Source: Escherichia coli
Lineage (GTDB): Bacteria > Pseudomonadota > Gammaproteobacteria > Enterobacterales > Enterobacteriaceae
Length of the DNA stretch: 64,000 nucleotides
NCBI RefSeq assembly: GCF_041886205.1
Contig: NZ_CP169029.1
Strand: one strand, 5' to 3'
Under the pieces are notes generated by a model. That model saw nothing but the letters and a program-made list of their open reading frames with translations. It searched no databases and was not told where the DNA came from. Both the position numbers and the translations under genes were made by a program. This document shows, in pieces, positions 7,097 to 18,900 of the stretch; positions within the stretch are counted from its first letter, which is position 1, and every line of letters starts with the position of its first letter.

Positions 7097-10000
7097 CTAA
7101 ACCTGACGCCTCTCAAGACTATTATAAATAGCCTCAATCTCACCCTTCAGGTTATCACCGCAATAAACCATTGAGGTATCGTATCGTTCATATCGCGCTT
7201 CCCGTGTCGCACTAAACCAGTTGAACGATCCCACGCACAGCAAACCATCATCACCAATAACAATTTTGCTATGAACACGGTTTACCAGCTTTGTAGCAAT
7301 ACCCAGCGCATTCAGTTTCTCCAGCGCCGCTTTAAAGTTTTGCTGCTTCTCTTTTCGCTTCTCAAAATCATTATGTTCAGTGTTGTAGCTTCTGTCAGTG
7401 ACTATCGTGACGTTAATTCCACGTGAACACGCCGCAATCATGGAATCAAGAAAACCTGTTTGCTCCAGCCTTTGCCAGGTCAGCCATGGAGAAACTATCG
7501 TGATGTGTTTACTGGTATTTTCAAATGTCTGATTCAGGAAATTATCATGTTGCTCCACACCATGAAGTGTGTAGATTTTGGTCCCGGAGGTTTTTAAATC
7601 CTTACGCTCTTTATAATCAAAAGAGAGCGCATTCTTCTCTGACTCAAAGAGGTATTTTGCCAGTAATCCCCGTGGAGATGAGGCTGGCTGGACCTCAAAC
7701 AGGTCCATATCGCCGAAGACCAGAAAACTGTCCTTCGCACGGGAGACTGCAACATTCAGCATGCTGTTATCGCTATCAATAAACCCGCCGTCTTCATGTT
7801 TTGAATAGACTGGCGAGAATATCACAATCGCTCTTTCCGCTCCCTGAAGAGAGTGCACGGTGCCCACTGTGAGCGACTTTTCATTCGAGCCTGTACTGAT
7901 ACCTTGTTTGCCCAGCGCCTGTTTGATAGTGGATACCTGAGCGCTAAAAGGCGTCACGATACCGACAACTTCATGAAGCGATTTACCGTAATGCGCTTCA
8001 ATATTTTGTTGGTTCTCTGCCAACCAGACCGCTATCGTTTCAGCCTCAAGCAAATTATATCGACTTCCACTACTTGCCAGCTCTCCTTTACCATCAATAT
8101 GGAGATACCCCATTGCGGGCATTAAATTGCTCTCTTCACGCCCTCTTTTAGGCAACAACTTACCGTGATAGCAGAGCGTATTACAGTATCCAATAATATT
8201 GTCGTAGCACCGGCGGTGTTCATATAGGGACATACCACGAGCCAGTTCGGGATCATATTGATAGCGCGAAGCAAACTGCGCTATTTTCATAACGCTGCCA
8301 GATGCGGCACTTTTACCAAGGTCTGCGATTGCCGTATATTTCTCGGTAATCTCTTCTTGCGTACTGCCAGACAGAATTTTTTCCGCCAGCATGTTACCGA
8401 CATCAATCGCAGGAGCAATACTCCATATTGGCGGGAGCTGCTCCGTATCGCCAATCACTAATGCCTTCTTAGCTAATGCAAACGAGGCAGCAGCCACTTC
8501 AGGAAGCACCTGCCCGGCTTCATCGACAATGAGTAAATCGGCAAAATCATACAAATAACTTTTCTCGAATTTACGCTGTCCTTTGTGCTCACTTATCTGC
8601 ATATTGCCGGGCAGCATATAGCATGTCATCACCACACATGGAGTGAGTTTCATTCGACGTTGCCAACGGGCAGTTACCCCTTTAGCGCCTTTTTTCTTCT
8701 TCTCTTCCTGCAGATCATCAATGCTGGCCATATCCATCAGCCAACGACCTTCCCAGTAGTGAGTCGTCAGTAAAAATGCAGGGAAGCGAATCTGCGTATC
8801 AGCCAGTTCATCGGCCTGTGAGAAGCTCAGTTCCTCGTCGCCCTCATACCCTAAATTAAGAGCCAGTCTCTGCCACTCCTGAACCGCCTGCTGTTCTTTA
8901 AGAATGATTTCATGGGCGGAATCAATCTGCTGCCGGTATGTTGTTTGCTCGCGCTCAGCGGAATTGAGCAGCCCATCAATATTACGTTCGATAGTTTCAG
9001 GATCAGACCACTGATTTCCTGCAATCAGCGCACCTAATTTATCTTCGAGAAACAGCTGTATTTGGTACTGTCGCTTACTGCGAACCACCGGGAGCCAGGA
9101 AAATAATGAATAGATCAGTGATTCACCGGCGCGATATTTTTTCCATTCCGTTTTAGCACTTTTCAGTAGAGTGATTTTTTGTTCTTGTCCGGAAAGTAAT
9201 TTATTTAAATTATCGAGATATTGCTCAATGTCGTTAGCAATAAGCTCACGCGCAGCCCGTACCTGGCTTAACGTTTGCCATGTTGCGTTCAGTCTTATCA
9301 GTTGCTCGGATTTTGCTGCCAACTGACCATGCAGGAGTTCAATGACCTTTTCAGGGGATGAACAATCTTTTTCAGGAAAGGCTGCCTTAGCCTTCTCCAG
9401 ATAAAACAGCAGTGCATCCTCTACATACTCTTTTGACTCAACCTGGTTGAAGAAATCTTCAGTTTGATATTTTTTGGCTGCCTCAGCTTTACGAGTGCTT
9501 GAGGGAAAATAAGCGCCGAAGCTTTTCAGCTCAGGTAACCATCGTCCGGCCATTGCACCAGTGCCCTGTGAAAAATCTTTCCCGAACGCTTCGATAATGT
9601 TCGTTACAGCCTGGTTGTTCGTTGAAGTCGCGATAATTACCGGAGGCTCAGATTTTTCGAGAGCCGCTCTGGCCCACTGCGTGGCGATGATAGAAAGCAC
9701 CAGCGTGGTTTTTCCGGTTCCCGGAGGTCCATTAACAGCAAGGATATCGCCATGTCTTGCATCCAGAAAATGGCTTAAGGCATCGCGCTGAGCCTTTGCC
9801 AGCGGAAACTTATCTCCGGAGTGTCCAAGCCTGTCGCTGAATTTTGCGCCTGGGGCCAGCAAAGACTCTGCAGCATGAACCTCTCGCGAGGCGAAGCGAT
9901 TGAAGAGCGGCACAACCTTCTTGCAAACAAGCAGGTGATCATAAAGAGAAAGGATATGGAAACAGGCACCGCCAGATTGCGCCGTTTTAACAATATAACC

Positions 10001-10612
10001 GTGCTCAGCGAGTTCATATTGCTCAGGATTTTTAATCCAGTCGCCGGCAACGTTCTTCAGCAGCCTCTCTGAATCATCCAGATATTGACGCCACTCCTGC
10101 TGCAAGGCTGCATATCGTGCTTCCCGTTCTTCATCCGTTTCGGCAGTCTTATCAATGCCGTCATCAAAGTTGATAGAGAACGAGGTATGGATTGTCTTGT
10201 ATTTGTCATACTGCCCAATCTCACCAATCGAAAATGCTCCTTTTGGCAAAGGTTCAAGCAGGTCTCTGGGAATGGAGGTCGCTGGCGTCGGATATAAAAA
10301 ACCCTCACGGCTTAGCAAGGCTGGCGTCACTATCGGGGTAACAATATCAGGCGCGCCTGCGGAACGGTCCTTACCATGCTGCAGTAACCGGAAATAAACT
10401 TTTGGGCGCAAGATGACATCGACCGTTTCGACATCGTCTTTTTCTCCCTTAAAAAATTTACTGACAATCGCTTCGTCAAGACGTCCCGCCGCTATCCCAT
10501 GCCAGTGAGTGAAATTTTTGGCGTCTTTCCGTTCAAAACTGCCCTTTCCTGACTCAGCATCCGCAAGCGAGTTGCGCCAGTATGAGGTAAACCCTAAAGC
10601 ATTTTCATCCAT
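7097..10612 (-). CDS. SF1 helicase (Upf1/DNA2-like) fused to a C-terminal PLD-family (HKD) nuclease domain, 1171 aa; candidate single-gene antiphage defense protein
   Basis: Walker [15 protein letters not shown]; Walker B/motif [11 protein letters not shown]; [11 protein letters not shown]; C-terminal helicase motifs [14 protein letters not shown] and [16 protein letters not shown]; C-terminal [19 protein letters not shown] is an exact HxK(x)4D(x)6GSxN phospholipase-D motif. ATG at 10612..10610 with AGGA upstream. Confidence 0.75.
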   Translation of the reverse strand: MDENALGFTSYWRNSLADAESGKGSFERKDAKNFTHWHGIAAGRLDEAIVSKFFKGEKDDVETVDVILRPKVYFRLLQHGKDRSAGAPDIVTPIVTPALLSREGFLYPTPATSIPRDLLEPLPKGAFSIGEIGQYDKYKTIHTSFSINFDDGIDKTAETDEEREARYAALQQEWRQYLDDSERLLKNVAGDWIKNPEQYELAEHGYIVKTAQSGGACFHILSLYDHLLVCKKVVPLFNRFASREVHAAESLLAPGAKFSDRLGHSGDKFPLAKAQRDALSHFLDARHGDILAVNGPPGTGKTTLVLSIIATQWARAALEKSEPPVIIATSTNNQAVTNIIEAFGKDFSQGTGAMAGRWLPELKSFGAYFPSSTRKAEAAKKYQTEDFFNQVESKEYVEDALLFYLEKAKAAFPEKDCSSPEKVIELLHGQLAAKSEQLIRLNATWQTLSQVRAARELIANDIEQYLDNLNKLLSGQEQKITLLKSAKTEWKKYRAGESLIYSLFSWLPVVRSKRQYQIQLFLEDKLGALIAGNQWSDPETIERNIDGLLNSAEREQTTYRQQIDSAHEIILKEQQAVQEWQRLALNLGYEGDEELSFSQADELADTQIRFPAFLLTTHYWEGRWLMDMASIDDLQEEKKKKGAKGVTARWQRRMKLTPCVVMTCYMLPGNMQISEHKGQRKFEKSYLYDFADLLIVDEAGQVLPEVAAASFALAKKALVIGDTEQLPPIWSIAPAIDVGNMLAEKILSGSTQEEITEKYTAIADLGKSAASGSVMKIAQFASRYQYDPELARGMSLYEHRRCYDNIIGYCNTLCYHGKLLPKRGREESNLMPAMGYLHIDGKGELASSGSRYNLLEAETIAVWLAENQQNIEAHYGKSLHEVVGIVTPFSAQVSTIKQALGKQGISTGSNEKSLTVGTVHSLQGAERAIVIFSPVYSKHEDGGFIDSDNSMLNVAVSRAKDSFLVFGDMDLFEVQPASSPRGLLAKYLFESEKNALSFDYKERKDLKTSGTKIYTLHGVEQHDNFLNQTFENTSKHITIVSPWLTWQRLEQTGFLDSMIAACSRGINVTIVTDRSYNTEHNDFEKRKEKQQNFKAALEKLNALGIATKLVNRVHSKIVIGDDGLLCVGSFNWFSATREARYERYDTSMVYCGDNLKGEIEAIYNSLERRQV

Positions 10613-10665
10613 TACCAGTCCTGTGACTCAATGAAATCCATTGATTTATCGAATATAAAACCACC

Positions 10666-10688
10666 ATATGGACAACTATTGTCCATAT
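10666..10688. promoter_or_regulatory. Perfect 10-bp inverted repeat (atatggacaa-cta-ttgtccatat) 54-76 bp upstream of the helicase-PLD start; candidate operator
   Basis: Palindrome read directly from the sequence, located in the upstream region of the minus-strand gene starting at 10612. Confidence 0.3.
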
Positions 10689-11009
10689 TGAAAAAATTGG
10701 ATGCAATGTTTTGTTTATAATTCGATATCAAATGTACTGGTTGTACAAGGTTCAGAACACAAGCACATTCAACAGTACGTCAGGACTATTGATTTCATAA
10801 CAGTGAATACATTTTTTACCGTTTATAATGACTGCCTGTGTTGGACAAGGATACCAGAACAGCCGAAAACACCGGGGGTTATTACCTGCTCTCATGGAAA
10901 CCAGATATTCCTGGTGCTAATCACAGTCATAAATAGCCTGAAGAACATGACGAAGGGACTTTAATGGACGCCGGAGTAACTTGCCAGAACATCAATCTTC
11001 GTCATCATT

Positions 11010-11060
11010 TACAAAGAAAAATAATCAGTTAAAGCAGTCCGGGCTGATTGCCCGGACTGC
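11010..11060 (-). terminator. Putative rho-independent terminator downstream of the integrase
   Basis: Perfect inverted repeat gcagtccggg/cccggactgc immediately after the integrase stop, followed on the minus strand by a T-rich tract. Confidence 0.45.
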
Positions 11061-11063
11061 TTA

Positions 11064-12326
11064 CTATTTTAATGGATTGTTAATTTTTGCATATTCAAAC
11101 GGACTGATACCCTTCTCCCGGTTCGCATCCAGAAAATCGGCCCACCATTGCAACATCAGTCGCCGTTCTTCCAGATGTTCTGCTTTATGGATATACGCAG
11201 CACGTACACCATTACGCTCCTGATGGCTCATCTGACGTTCCACAGCATCGCGGGACCACAAACCTGATTCAATCAATGCACTGCACGCCATCGCCCGGAA
11301 TCCATGGCCACAGACATCCTGGGTTGTGTCATACCCCATCACCCTCAGGGCTTTATTTACAGTATTTTCACTGATTGGTTTACGCGGGTCATGTGCTCCC
11401 GTAAAGATCAGACCATTTTCACCAGCCCATGTCTGTAGTTCTGCCAGTATGGCTACAGCCTGTTTGCTGAGTGGCACAAGATGTGGTGTTCGCATCTTGG
11501 AGCCCCGGTGTGAGAATTTTACGCCAGGCAGAGGTTCGCGTTCGGCTGGAATAGTCCACATGGCATTGTCAATATCAATTTCAGACCAGCGGGCGTATCT
11601 GAGTTCACTGGAACGAATAAAAACCAGTAAATTCAGCATAACTGCCAGTCGGGTGACAGGCTGGCCTTTATAACCGTCAATACGCGACAGAAGTTCAGGC
11701 AGGCGTGAAAGATCCAGTGCAGGGCGATGCTGGCGTTTTACCGTGGTCAATGCACCAGCCATATCCAGAGCCGGGTTATATCTGATGATGCCAGACTGTA
11801 CGGCATAACGCATTACAGCAGATATTCTTTGCTGCAGACGACTGGCGATTTCATAAATTTGTTTAGCTTCTGCAGCACGAACAGGGATAAGCAGGTCCGG
11901 GGTACTGAGTGTTGTGATATCCCGGTTGCCGATAAAGGGGAAAACGTGTGTCTCGAGGCTTTTGAGTACTTTATCGCTGTGTGATTGTGCCCATTGTTTA
12001 TTACTGGCATGCCAGCGTCGTGCAATATGTTCAAAAGAGAGTTGTAAATCAGGGACTACTTTTTTAGCTCTTTTCAGTTCGCAAGGGTCAATCCCCTCCG
12101 AAATCAGTTTTCGGGCCTCATCCCGTTTTGTACGAGCTTCGGAGAGAGAAACTTCTGGATACACACCAAGTGCCAGAGTCTTCTCCTTACCCAGAATACG
12201 ATAACGGAGACGCCAGTAACGGGAACCATTAGGATGAACCAGTAGGAACATGCCAGCCCCGTCAGTGAGTTTATAAGCCTTGTCAGTGGGCTTTGCAGCC
12301 CGGATTTTTGCGTCAGTCAGTGCCAT
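11064..12326 (-). CDS. P4-type phage integrase (tyrosine recombinase), island integrase next to tRNA-Phe
   Basis: Translation from the internal Met: MALTDAKIRAAKPTDKAYKLTDGAGMFLLVHPNGSRYWRLRYR... (typical P4-family N-terminus); C-terminal catalytic region with HGFRAMA...YIHKAEHLEERR. The ORF-track start at 12389 is an upstream extension. Confidence 0.85.
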   Translation of the reverse strand: MALTDAKIRAAKPTDKAYKLTDGAGMFLLVHPNGSRYWRLRYRILGKEKTLALGVYPEVSLSEARTKRDEARKLISEGIDPCELKRAKKVVPDLQLSFEHIARRWHASNKQWAQSHSDKVLKSLETHVFPFIGNRDITTLSTPDLLIPVRAAEAKQIYEIASRLQQRISAVMRYAVQSGIIRYNPALDMAGALTTVKRQHRPALDLSRLPELLSRIDGYKGQPVTRLAVMLNLLVFIRSSELRYARWSEIDIDNAMWTIPAEREPLPGVKFSHRGSKMRTPHLVPLSKQAVAILAELQTWAGENGLIFTGAHDPRKPISENTVNKALRVMGYDTTQDVCGHGFRAMACSALIESGLWSRDAVERQMSHQERNGVRAAYIHKAEHLEERRLMLQWWADFLDANREKGISPFEYAKINNPLK

Positions 12327-12486
12327 AGTATAGCCTTCTGAATGCGTTAAAGAGGGTACAAATTCTGTCGAACTGGGGTATGCCCGCAATTATACCCACA
12401 CAATGGGGTTGATGTGGGGGGAATCTGGTTGAGTTCGGTAGAATTGATTTGTAGGTAGAACGCTTAAATTGTGGCGTTCTGAAACG

Positions 12487-12513
12487 AAAAACGGACCTCC
12501 GTGGAGGTCCGTT
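12487..12513 (-). terminator. Rho-independent terminator of tRNA-Phe
   Basis: Hairpin acggacctcc/ggaggtccgt directly 3' of the tRNA on the minus strand, followed by a TTTTTCGTTT run. Confidence 0.5.
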
Positions 12514-12523
12514 GATATGAATT

Positions 12524-12599
12524 TGGTGCCCGGACTCGGAATCGAACCAAGGACACGGGGATTTTCAATCCCCTGCTCTACCGACTGAGCTATCCGGGC
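12524..12599 (-). tRNA. pheV: tRNA-Phe (pheV locus by synteny with yqgA-speC)
   Basis: Reverse complement reads GCCCGGATAGCTCAGTCGGTAGAGCAGGGGATTGAAAATCCCCGTGTCCTTGGTTCGATTCCGAGTCCGGGCACCA, the E. coli tRNA-Phe sequence including CCA. Confidence 0.95.
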
Positions 12600-12704
12600 A
12601 ACGGGGCGCATTAAACCTGATTCGCCTCGTCTCGTCAATCAAATTTCTTCAATTTACTGCAGACTGCACAATCTATCATCACTTTGCCGCTATTGCACGC
12701 ATTG

Positions 12705-13412
12705 TCAGGCAAACCAGGCGGTCCAGGCGGCGGAAATCGGCATTGCCAGAAGGAGTGCTGGAAGCATGTTGACCACCGGGAACATTTTAATGCCACAGAT
12801 GCGTAATCCGGTTGCCAGCAGCAATAAACCGCCTACGGCGCTGAAGTCTGCCATCATCGACGGTGTGGTCAGCGGTAATATCAGCGCGGCAGCCCACGCC
12901 AGCGTTAACTGGATGATCAGTAATGGTATACTAATTACCGACACCGCGATGCCCAACGAGCAGGCGAAGATCATTGCCGTAAAGAAATCAAGAAATGACT
13001 TGGCGATTAAAATACTCGGATCGCCGGTCATCCCTTCGTTCATCGCCCCGAAGATCCCGGTGCCGCTGGCGCAAAACAGGACAATAATCGCGACATAATT
13101 CTGAATAAAAGATTCATGCGCTGGCTTCTTACGTGAGTGACGAAACAGATTTTGTGCTTTGGTGACCGCGGTATTGACGCCTTTTTCCAGCAGACAAAAT
13201 TCGCCGATTAATGCTCCAAGTAAGGTTGCTAAAACCATCGCCGGAAGGTTGGCGCATTTCACCACCAGTAAAATACCAATCCCCAGCGATGCCAGACCAA
13301 AAATTGATGTCATGGAGACGCGGATACGTTCCGGTAAGCGTTGGCTAAGTAGTGCACCGAGCACGCCACCCAGTAATACTGCACTTGCGTTGATAAAAGG
13401 ACCGATGACCAC
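12705..13412 (-). CDS. yqgA: Inner membrane protein YqgA (DUF554)
   Basis: Translation [30 protein letters not shown]... matches YqgA. GTG start chosen to give 235 aa; the ORF-track ATG at 13433 is an alternative. Confidence 0.8.
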   Translation of the reverse strand: MVIGPFINASAVLLGGVLGALLSQRLPERIRVSMTSIFGLASLGIGILLVVKCANLPAMVLATLLGALIGEFCLLEKGVNTAVTKAQNLFRHSRKKPAHESFIQNYVAIIVLFCASGTGIFGAMNEGMTGDPSILIAKSFLDFFTAMIFACSLGIAVSVISIPLLIIQLTLAWAAALILPLTTPSMMADFSAVGGLLLLATGLRICGIKMFPVVNMLPALLLAMPISAAWTAWFA

Positions 13413-13810
13413 AAAAGTTCCCGTTAGCTGCATTGTCTGATTTTCTTATTATGACCGTTTGGTGCCGTCGATGGCTTGTTTGTTCGCAAAGTCCTGGCTT
13501 GCACGCTCTGATGAAAGGTGCCATGATTGCGCGAATTTTCTCCTCTCTGTACGGAGTTTGCCCGATGCATGCCACCTCCTTACATTCTCTCGCTTATCGC
13601 CGTTTCGCGCGAAACTCTTCTCTTTTTATGCTACTGCTCATGCGGTGAAGTTAACGCACGCTCACTGCAGGACAACAGTAAAATCAGAGCGTTTCTGCTT
13701 TTACTGATGTCTGGCGGTCGGAGCTGGTGACCAGTTTGACCCATATCTCATGGGGCAGGGTTTTCCACCTTGTCCGGTATTCTTACTTCCCCGAAACGGG
13801 TTTTGCGCTT

Positions 13811-15946
13811 ATGAAATCAATGAATATTGCCGCCAGTAGTGAACTGGTATCCCGACTTTCTTCACATCGCCGCGTGGTGGCGTTGGGAGATACTGATTTT
13901 ACGGACGTCGCGGCAGTCGTCATTACCGCTGCGGATAGTCGCAGTGGCATTCTTACGTTGCTTAAGCGCACCGGTTTTCATCTACCGGTGTTTTTGTATT
14001 CCGAACATGCTGTTGAATTACCTGCGGGCGTTACGGCGGTAATCAATGGCAACGAGCAGCAGTGGCTGGAGCTGGAATCCGCAGCCTGTCAGTATGAAGA
14101 GAATTTACTGCCACCGTTTTATGACACGCTGACGCAGTACGTTGAGATGGGCAACAGCACCTTTGCTTGCCCTGGACATCAACATGGTGCGTTTTTTAAA
14201 AAGCATCCTGCCGGACGCCATTTTTACGATTTCTTTGGTGAGAACGTCTTTCGCGCCGATATGTGTAACGCTGACGTAAAATTGGGCGATCTGCTTATTC
14301 ATGAAGGATCGGCGAAAGATGCGCAGAAATTCGCAGCCAAAGTCTTTCATGCCGATAAAACCTATTTTGTGCTGAACGGCACATCGGCAGCGAATAAAGT
14401 GGTGACGAATGCGCTGTTAACGCGTGGCGATCTGGTGCTCTTCGACCGTAACAACCATAAGTCGAATCATCACGGCGCGCTGATTCAGGCGGGGGCGACG
14501 CCGGTCTATCTGGAAGCTTCACGCAACCCGTTTGGTTTCATTGGCGGTATTGATGCGCACTGTTTTAATGAAGAGTATCTGCGCCAGCAAATTCGCGACG
14601 TTGCGCCAGAAAAAGCTGAGTTGCCGCGCCCGTTTCGCCTGGCGATTATTCAGCTGGGAACCTATGACGGCACTGTCTATAACGCCCGTCAGGTGATCGA
14701 TACCGTTGGGCATCTGTGTGATTACATTCTGTTTGATTCCGCGTGGGTCGGTTATGAACAATTTATCCCGATGATGGCGGATAGCTCGCCGCTGCTGTTA
14801 GAACTTAACGAAAACGATCCGGGGATCTTTGTGACTCAGTCGGTGCACAAACAGCAGGCGGGATTCTCACAGACGTCGCAGATCCATAAAAAAGATAACC
14901 ATATCCGCGGACAGGCGCGTTTTTGCCCGCATAAGCGGTTGAATAACGCCTTTATGCTCCATGCTTCTACCAGCCCTTTCTATCCGCTGTTTGCTGCACT
15001 GGATGTTAACGCTAAAATTCATGAAGGAGAGAGTGGGCGTCGGCTGTGGGCTGAGTGCGTTGAGTTGGGTATTGAGTCGCGCAAGGCTATTCTTGCGCGC
15101 TGTAAGCTGTTCCGCCCGTTTATCCCGCCCGTTGTTGATGGCAAATTGTGGCAGGATTATCCGACATCTGTGTTAGCCAGCGACCGCCGTTTTTTCAGTT
15201 TTGAGCCGGGGGCGAAGTGGCACGGCTTTGAAGGATATGCCGCGGATCAGTATTTTGTTGATCCGTGCAAGCTGTTACTCACTACACCAGGTATCAATGC
15301 CGAAACTGGCGAATATAGCGACTTTGGCGTTCCGGCGACGATTCTGGCGCACTATCTGCGTGAGAACGGCATTGTGCCGGAGAAGTGCGATCTCAACTCC
15401 ATTCTGTTCTTATTAACTCCGGCGGAAAGCCACGAGAAGCTGGCACAACTGGTAGCGATGTTGGCGCAGTTTGAACAGCATATTGAGGATGACTCGCCGC
15501 TGGCTGAGGTGTTGCCGAGCGTTTATAACAAGTATCCGGTGCGCTATCGCGACTACACCCTGCGCCAGTTGTGTCAGGAGATGCACGATCTGTATGTCAG
15601 TTTCGACGTCAAAGACCTACAAAAAGCGATGTTCCGCCAGCAGAGTTTCCCGTCAGTGGTGATGAACCCCCAGGATGCGCATAGCGCTTATATTCGCGGT
15701 GACGTGGAGTTGGTGCGGATTCGTGATGCCGAAGGGCGAATTGCGGCAGAAGGGGCGTTGCCTTATCCACCTGGCGTGCTTTGCGTGGTACCCGGGGAAG
15801 TCTGGGGTGGGGCGGTTCAACGTTATTTCCTTGCACTGGAAGAAGGGGTGAATTTGTTGCCGGGATTTTCGCCGGAGCTGCAAGGTGTTTATAGCGAAAC
15901 CGATGCGGATGGCGTGAAGCGGTTGTACGGTTATGTGTTGAAGTAA
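13811..15946 (+). CDS. speC: Ornithine decarboxylase, constitutive
   Basis: MKSMNIAASSELVSRLSSHRRVVALGDTDF..., 711 aa, matches SpeC. Track ORF has an in-frame N-terminal extension. Confidence 0.93.
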   Translation: MKSMNIAASSELVSRLSSHRRVVALGDTDFTDVAAVVITAADSRSGILTLLKRTGFHLPVFLYSEHAVELPAGVTAVINGNEQQWLELESAACQYEENLLPPFYDTLTQYVEMGNSTFACPGHQHGAFFKKHPAGRHFYDFFGENVFRADMCNADVKLGDLLIHEGSAKDAQKFAAKVFHADKTYFVLNGTSAANKVVTNALLTRGDLVLFDRNNHKSNHHGALIQAGATPVYLEASRNPFGFIGGIDAHCFNEEYLRQQIRDVAPEKAELPRPFRLAIIQLGTYDGTVYNARQVIDTVGHLCDYILFDSAWVGYEQFIPMMADSSPLLLELNENDPGIFVTQSVHKQQAGFSQTSQIHKKDNHIRGQARFCPHKRLNNAFMLHASTSPFYPLFAALDVNAKIHEGESGRRLWAECVELGIESRKAILARCKLFRPFIPPVVDGKLWQDYPTSVLASDRRFFSFEPGAKWHGFEGYAADQYFVDPCKLLLTTPGINAETGEYSDFGVPATILAHYLRENGIVPEKCDLNSILFLLTPAESHEKLAQLVAMLAQFEQHIEDDSPLAEVLPSVYNKYPVRYRDYTLRQLCQEMHDLYVSFDVKDLQKAMFRQQSFPSVVMNPQDAHSAYIRGDVELVRIRDAEGRIAAEGALPYPPGVLCVVPGEVWGGAVQRYFLALEEGVNLLPGFSPELQGVYSETDADGVKRLYGYVLK

Positions 15947-15950
15947 GAAT

Positions 15951-15990
15951 AAAAAAAACGGGTCACCTTCTGGCGACCCGTTTTTCTTTG
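15951..15990. terminator. Bidirectional rho-independent terminator between convergent speC and nupG
   Basis: A-run, hairpin cgggtcacc/ggcgacccg, T-run. Confidence 0.6.
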
Positions 15991-15995
15991 CGTAA

Positions 15996-17252
15996 TTAGT
16001 GGCTAACCGTCTGTGTGCCTGTCGGGACACGAACGTGTTTATATTTGAACATCGCCATGAACGCGAAGGCCAGAACCACGGAGTAACCAGCGAAAATCAA
16101 CCATACGGTCTGCCAGTCGGTAATGCCGTTTTGGGTGTACATCTCAACAACTTTACCGCTCACGATGCCGCCGAGGATACAGCCGAAGCCGTTAGTCATC
16201 ATCAGGAACATCCCTTGTGCACTGGCGCGAATTGCCGGGCTAACTTCTTTTTCGACAAACACCGAACCAGAGATGTTGAAGAAGTCGAATGCGCAACCGT
16301 AAACGATCATCGACAGTACCAGCAGTACAGTACCGAACGGAGTCGGGTCGCCGTAAGCAAACAGCGCAAAACGCAGGATCCACGCCACAATACTGATCAT
16401 CATTACGTTCTTAATACCGTAGCGGCTTAAGAAGAACGGGATGGTCAGAATGAACAGGGTTTCAGAGATCTGCGAAATCGACATGATGATTGACGCATGC
16501 TGCACAATAAAGCTGCTGGCAAACATCGGATCTTTGTCGAAGCTGTGCAGGAAGGTATTACCGAACATGTTGGTAATCTGCAGTTCCGCGCCCAGCAGCA
16601 TTGAGAAGATAAAGAAGATTGCCATACGCTTGTTTTTAAACAGCGCGAATGCATCGAGGCCCAGCAGGGTTGTCCAGCTCTGATTCGCTTGCTGTTTAGC
16701 AACCGGAATATGCGGCAGAGTCAGGGTAAACAGAACCAGAATGGCGGAAAGTGCTGCGCCAATATACAGCTGCATGTGGCTTAATTCGAAGCCAGACAGG
16801 CTCACCACCCACATTGCCATGATAAAGCCGATGGTGCCCCAGATACGGATTGGCGGGAAGTCAGTAACGATATCCATCCCGGCATTTTGCAGGCGATAGT
16901 AAGAGATGGTGTTGATTAACCCAAGCGTTGGCATATAAGCAAACGAGTTAATCAATATCACAAGGAACATCGCCTCCGGTGTCGTGACCTGTGCCGCCAT
17001 GAACAGCGTGATAGCGCCAATGGTGTGGCAAATGGCATATACCCATTTCGCACTTAACCATTTGTCGGCCACAATCCCCAGCAGCGCAGGCATAAAGACC
17101 GCTGCGATACCCAGTGAGCTATAAACTGCGCCAATAGAAGCACCGTCAAACTTCAGGGTAACAAACATATAGGAGCCGAGGGTCGTCAGCCAACTTCCCC
17201 ACAGACAGAACTGCAGAAAAGAGAGGATTTTCAGCTGCAGCTTAAGATTCAT
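15996..17252 (-). CDS. nupG: Nucleoside:H+ symporter NupG
   Basis: MNLKLQLKILSFLQFCLWGSWLTTLG..., 418 aa, MFS transporter; RBS GAGGAA upstream. Confidence 0.93.
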   Translation of the reverse strand: MNLKLQLKILSFLQFCLWGSWLTTLGSYMFVTLKFDGASIGAVYSSLGIAAVFMPALLGIVADKWLSAKWVYAICHTIGAITLFMAAQVTTPEAMFLVILINSFAYMPTLGLINTISYYRLQNAGMDIVTDFPPIRIWGTIGFIMAMWVVSLSGFELSHMQLYIGAALSAILVLFTLTLPHIPVAKQQANQSWTTLLGLDAFALFKNKRMAIFFIFSMLLGAELQITNMFGNTFLHSFDKDPMFASSFIVQHASIIMSISQISETLFILTIPFFLSRYGIKNVMMISIVAWILRFALFAYGDPTPFGTVLLVLSMIVYGCAFDFFNISGSVFVEKEVSPAIRASAQGMFLMMTNGFGCILGGIVSGKVVEMYTQNGITDWQTVWLIFAGYSVVLAFAFMAMFKYKHVRVPTGTQTVSH

Positions 17253-17453
17253 GTTAATTTCCTCACATCGTGATGCGGATGAGTGTTTGAAAAAGCACAT
17301 TTGACCGTGCGAGATGATGGGATTCTATCAACTTCGCGGACTGGTTTTTTGTTACCTGTGGCAAATAATTGCAAACATTCCCAATTTGCAAAACGAAATT
17401 GTGATGTGGATAACATTTTTGCCCCTGAGCATCGTCAGGGGCGGTTAATGGAA

Positions 17454-18560
<1,107 letters not shown>

Positions 18561-18597
18561 TTATGCAAGTTGCCGGAGGCGTGCTCCGGCACTGTTT

Positions 18598-18876
<279 letters not shown>

Positions 18877-18900
18877 TCATCCTCTTTATCGACTCACGCG

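Noticed and set aside
10701-10964. 87-aa plus-strand ORF between the helicase-PLD gene and the integrase
   Set aside because: No ribosome-binding site, odd composition and no recognisable motif. The region is more plausibly promoter and regulatory sequence for the flanking minus-strand genes, though a small regulator cannot be fully excluded.
13727-13810. N-terminal extensions of track ORFs relative to the starts I annotated (speC, nupG, mutY, yggR, ruvX, yqgE, rsmE, galP, metK, speA, loiP, tktA, epd, pgk, fbaA, scpA, scpB and the integrase)
   Set aside because: The track reports the longest ORF, including TTG/GTG starts. The internal Met gives the known protein length and N-terminus in every case and usually has a better ribosome-binding site.
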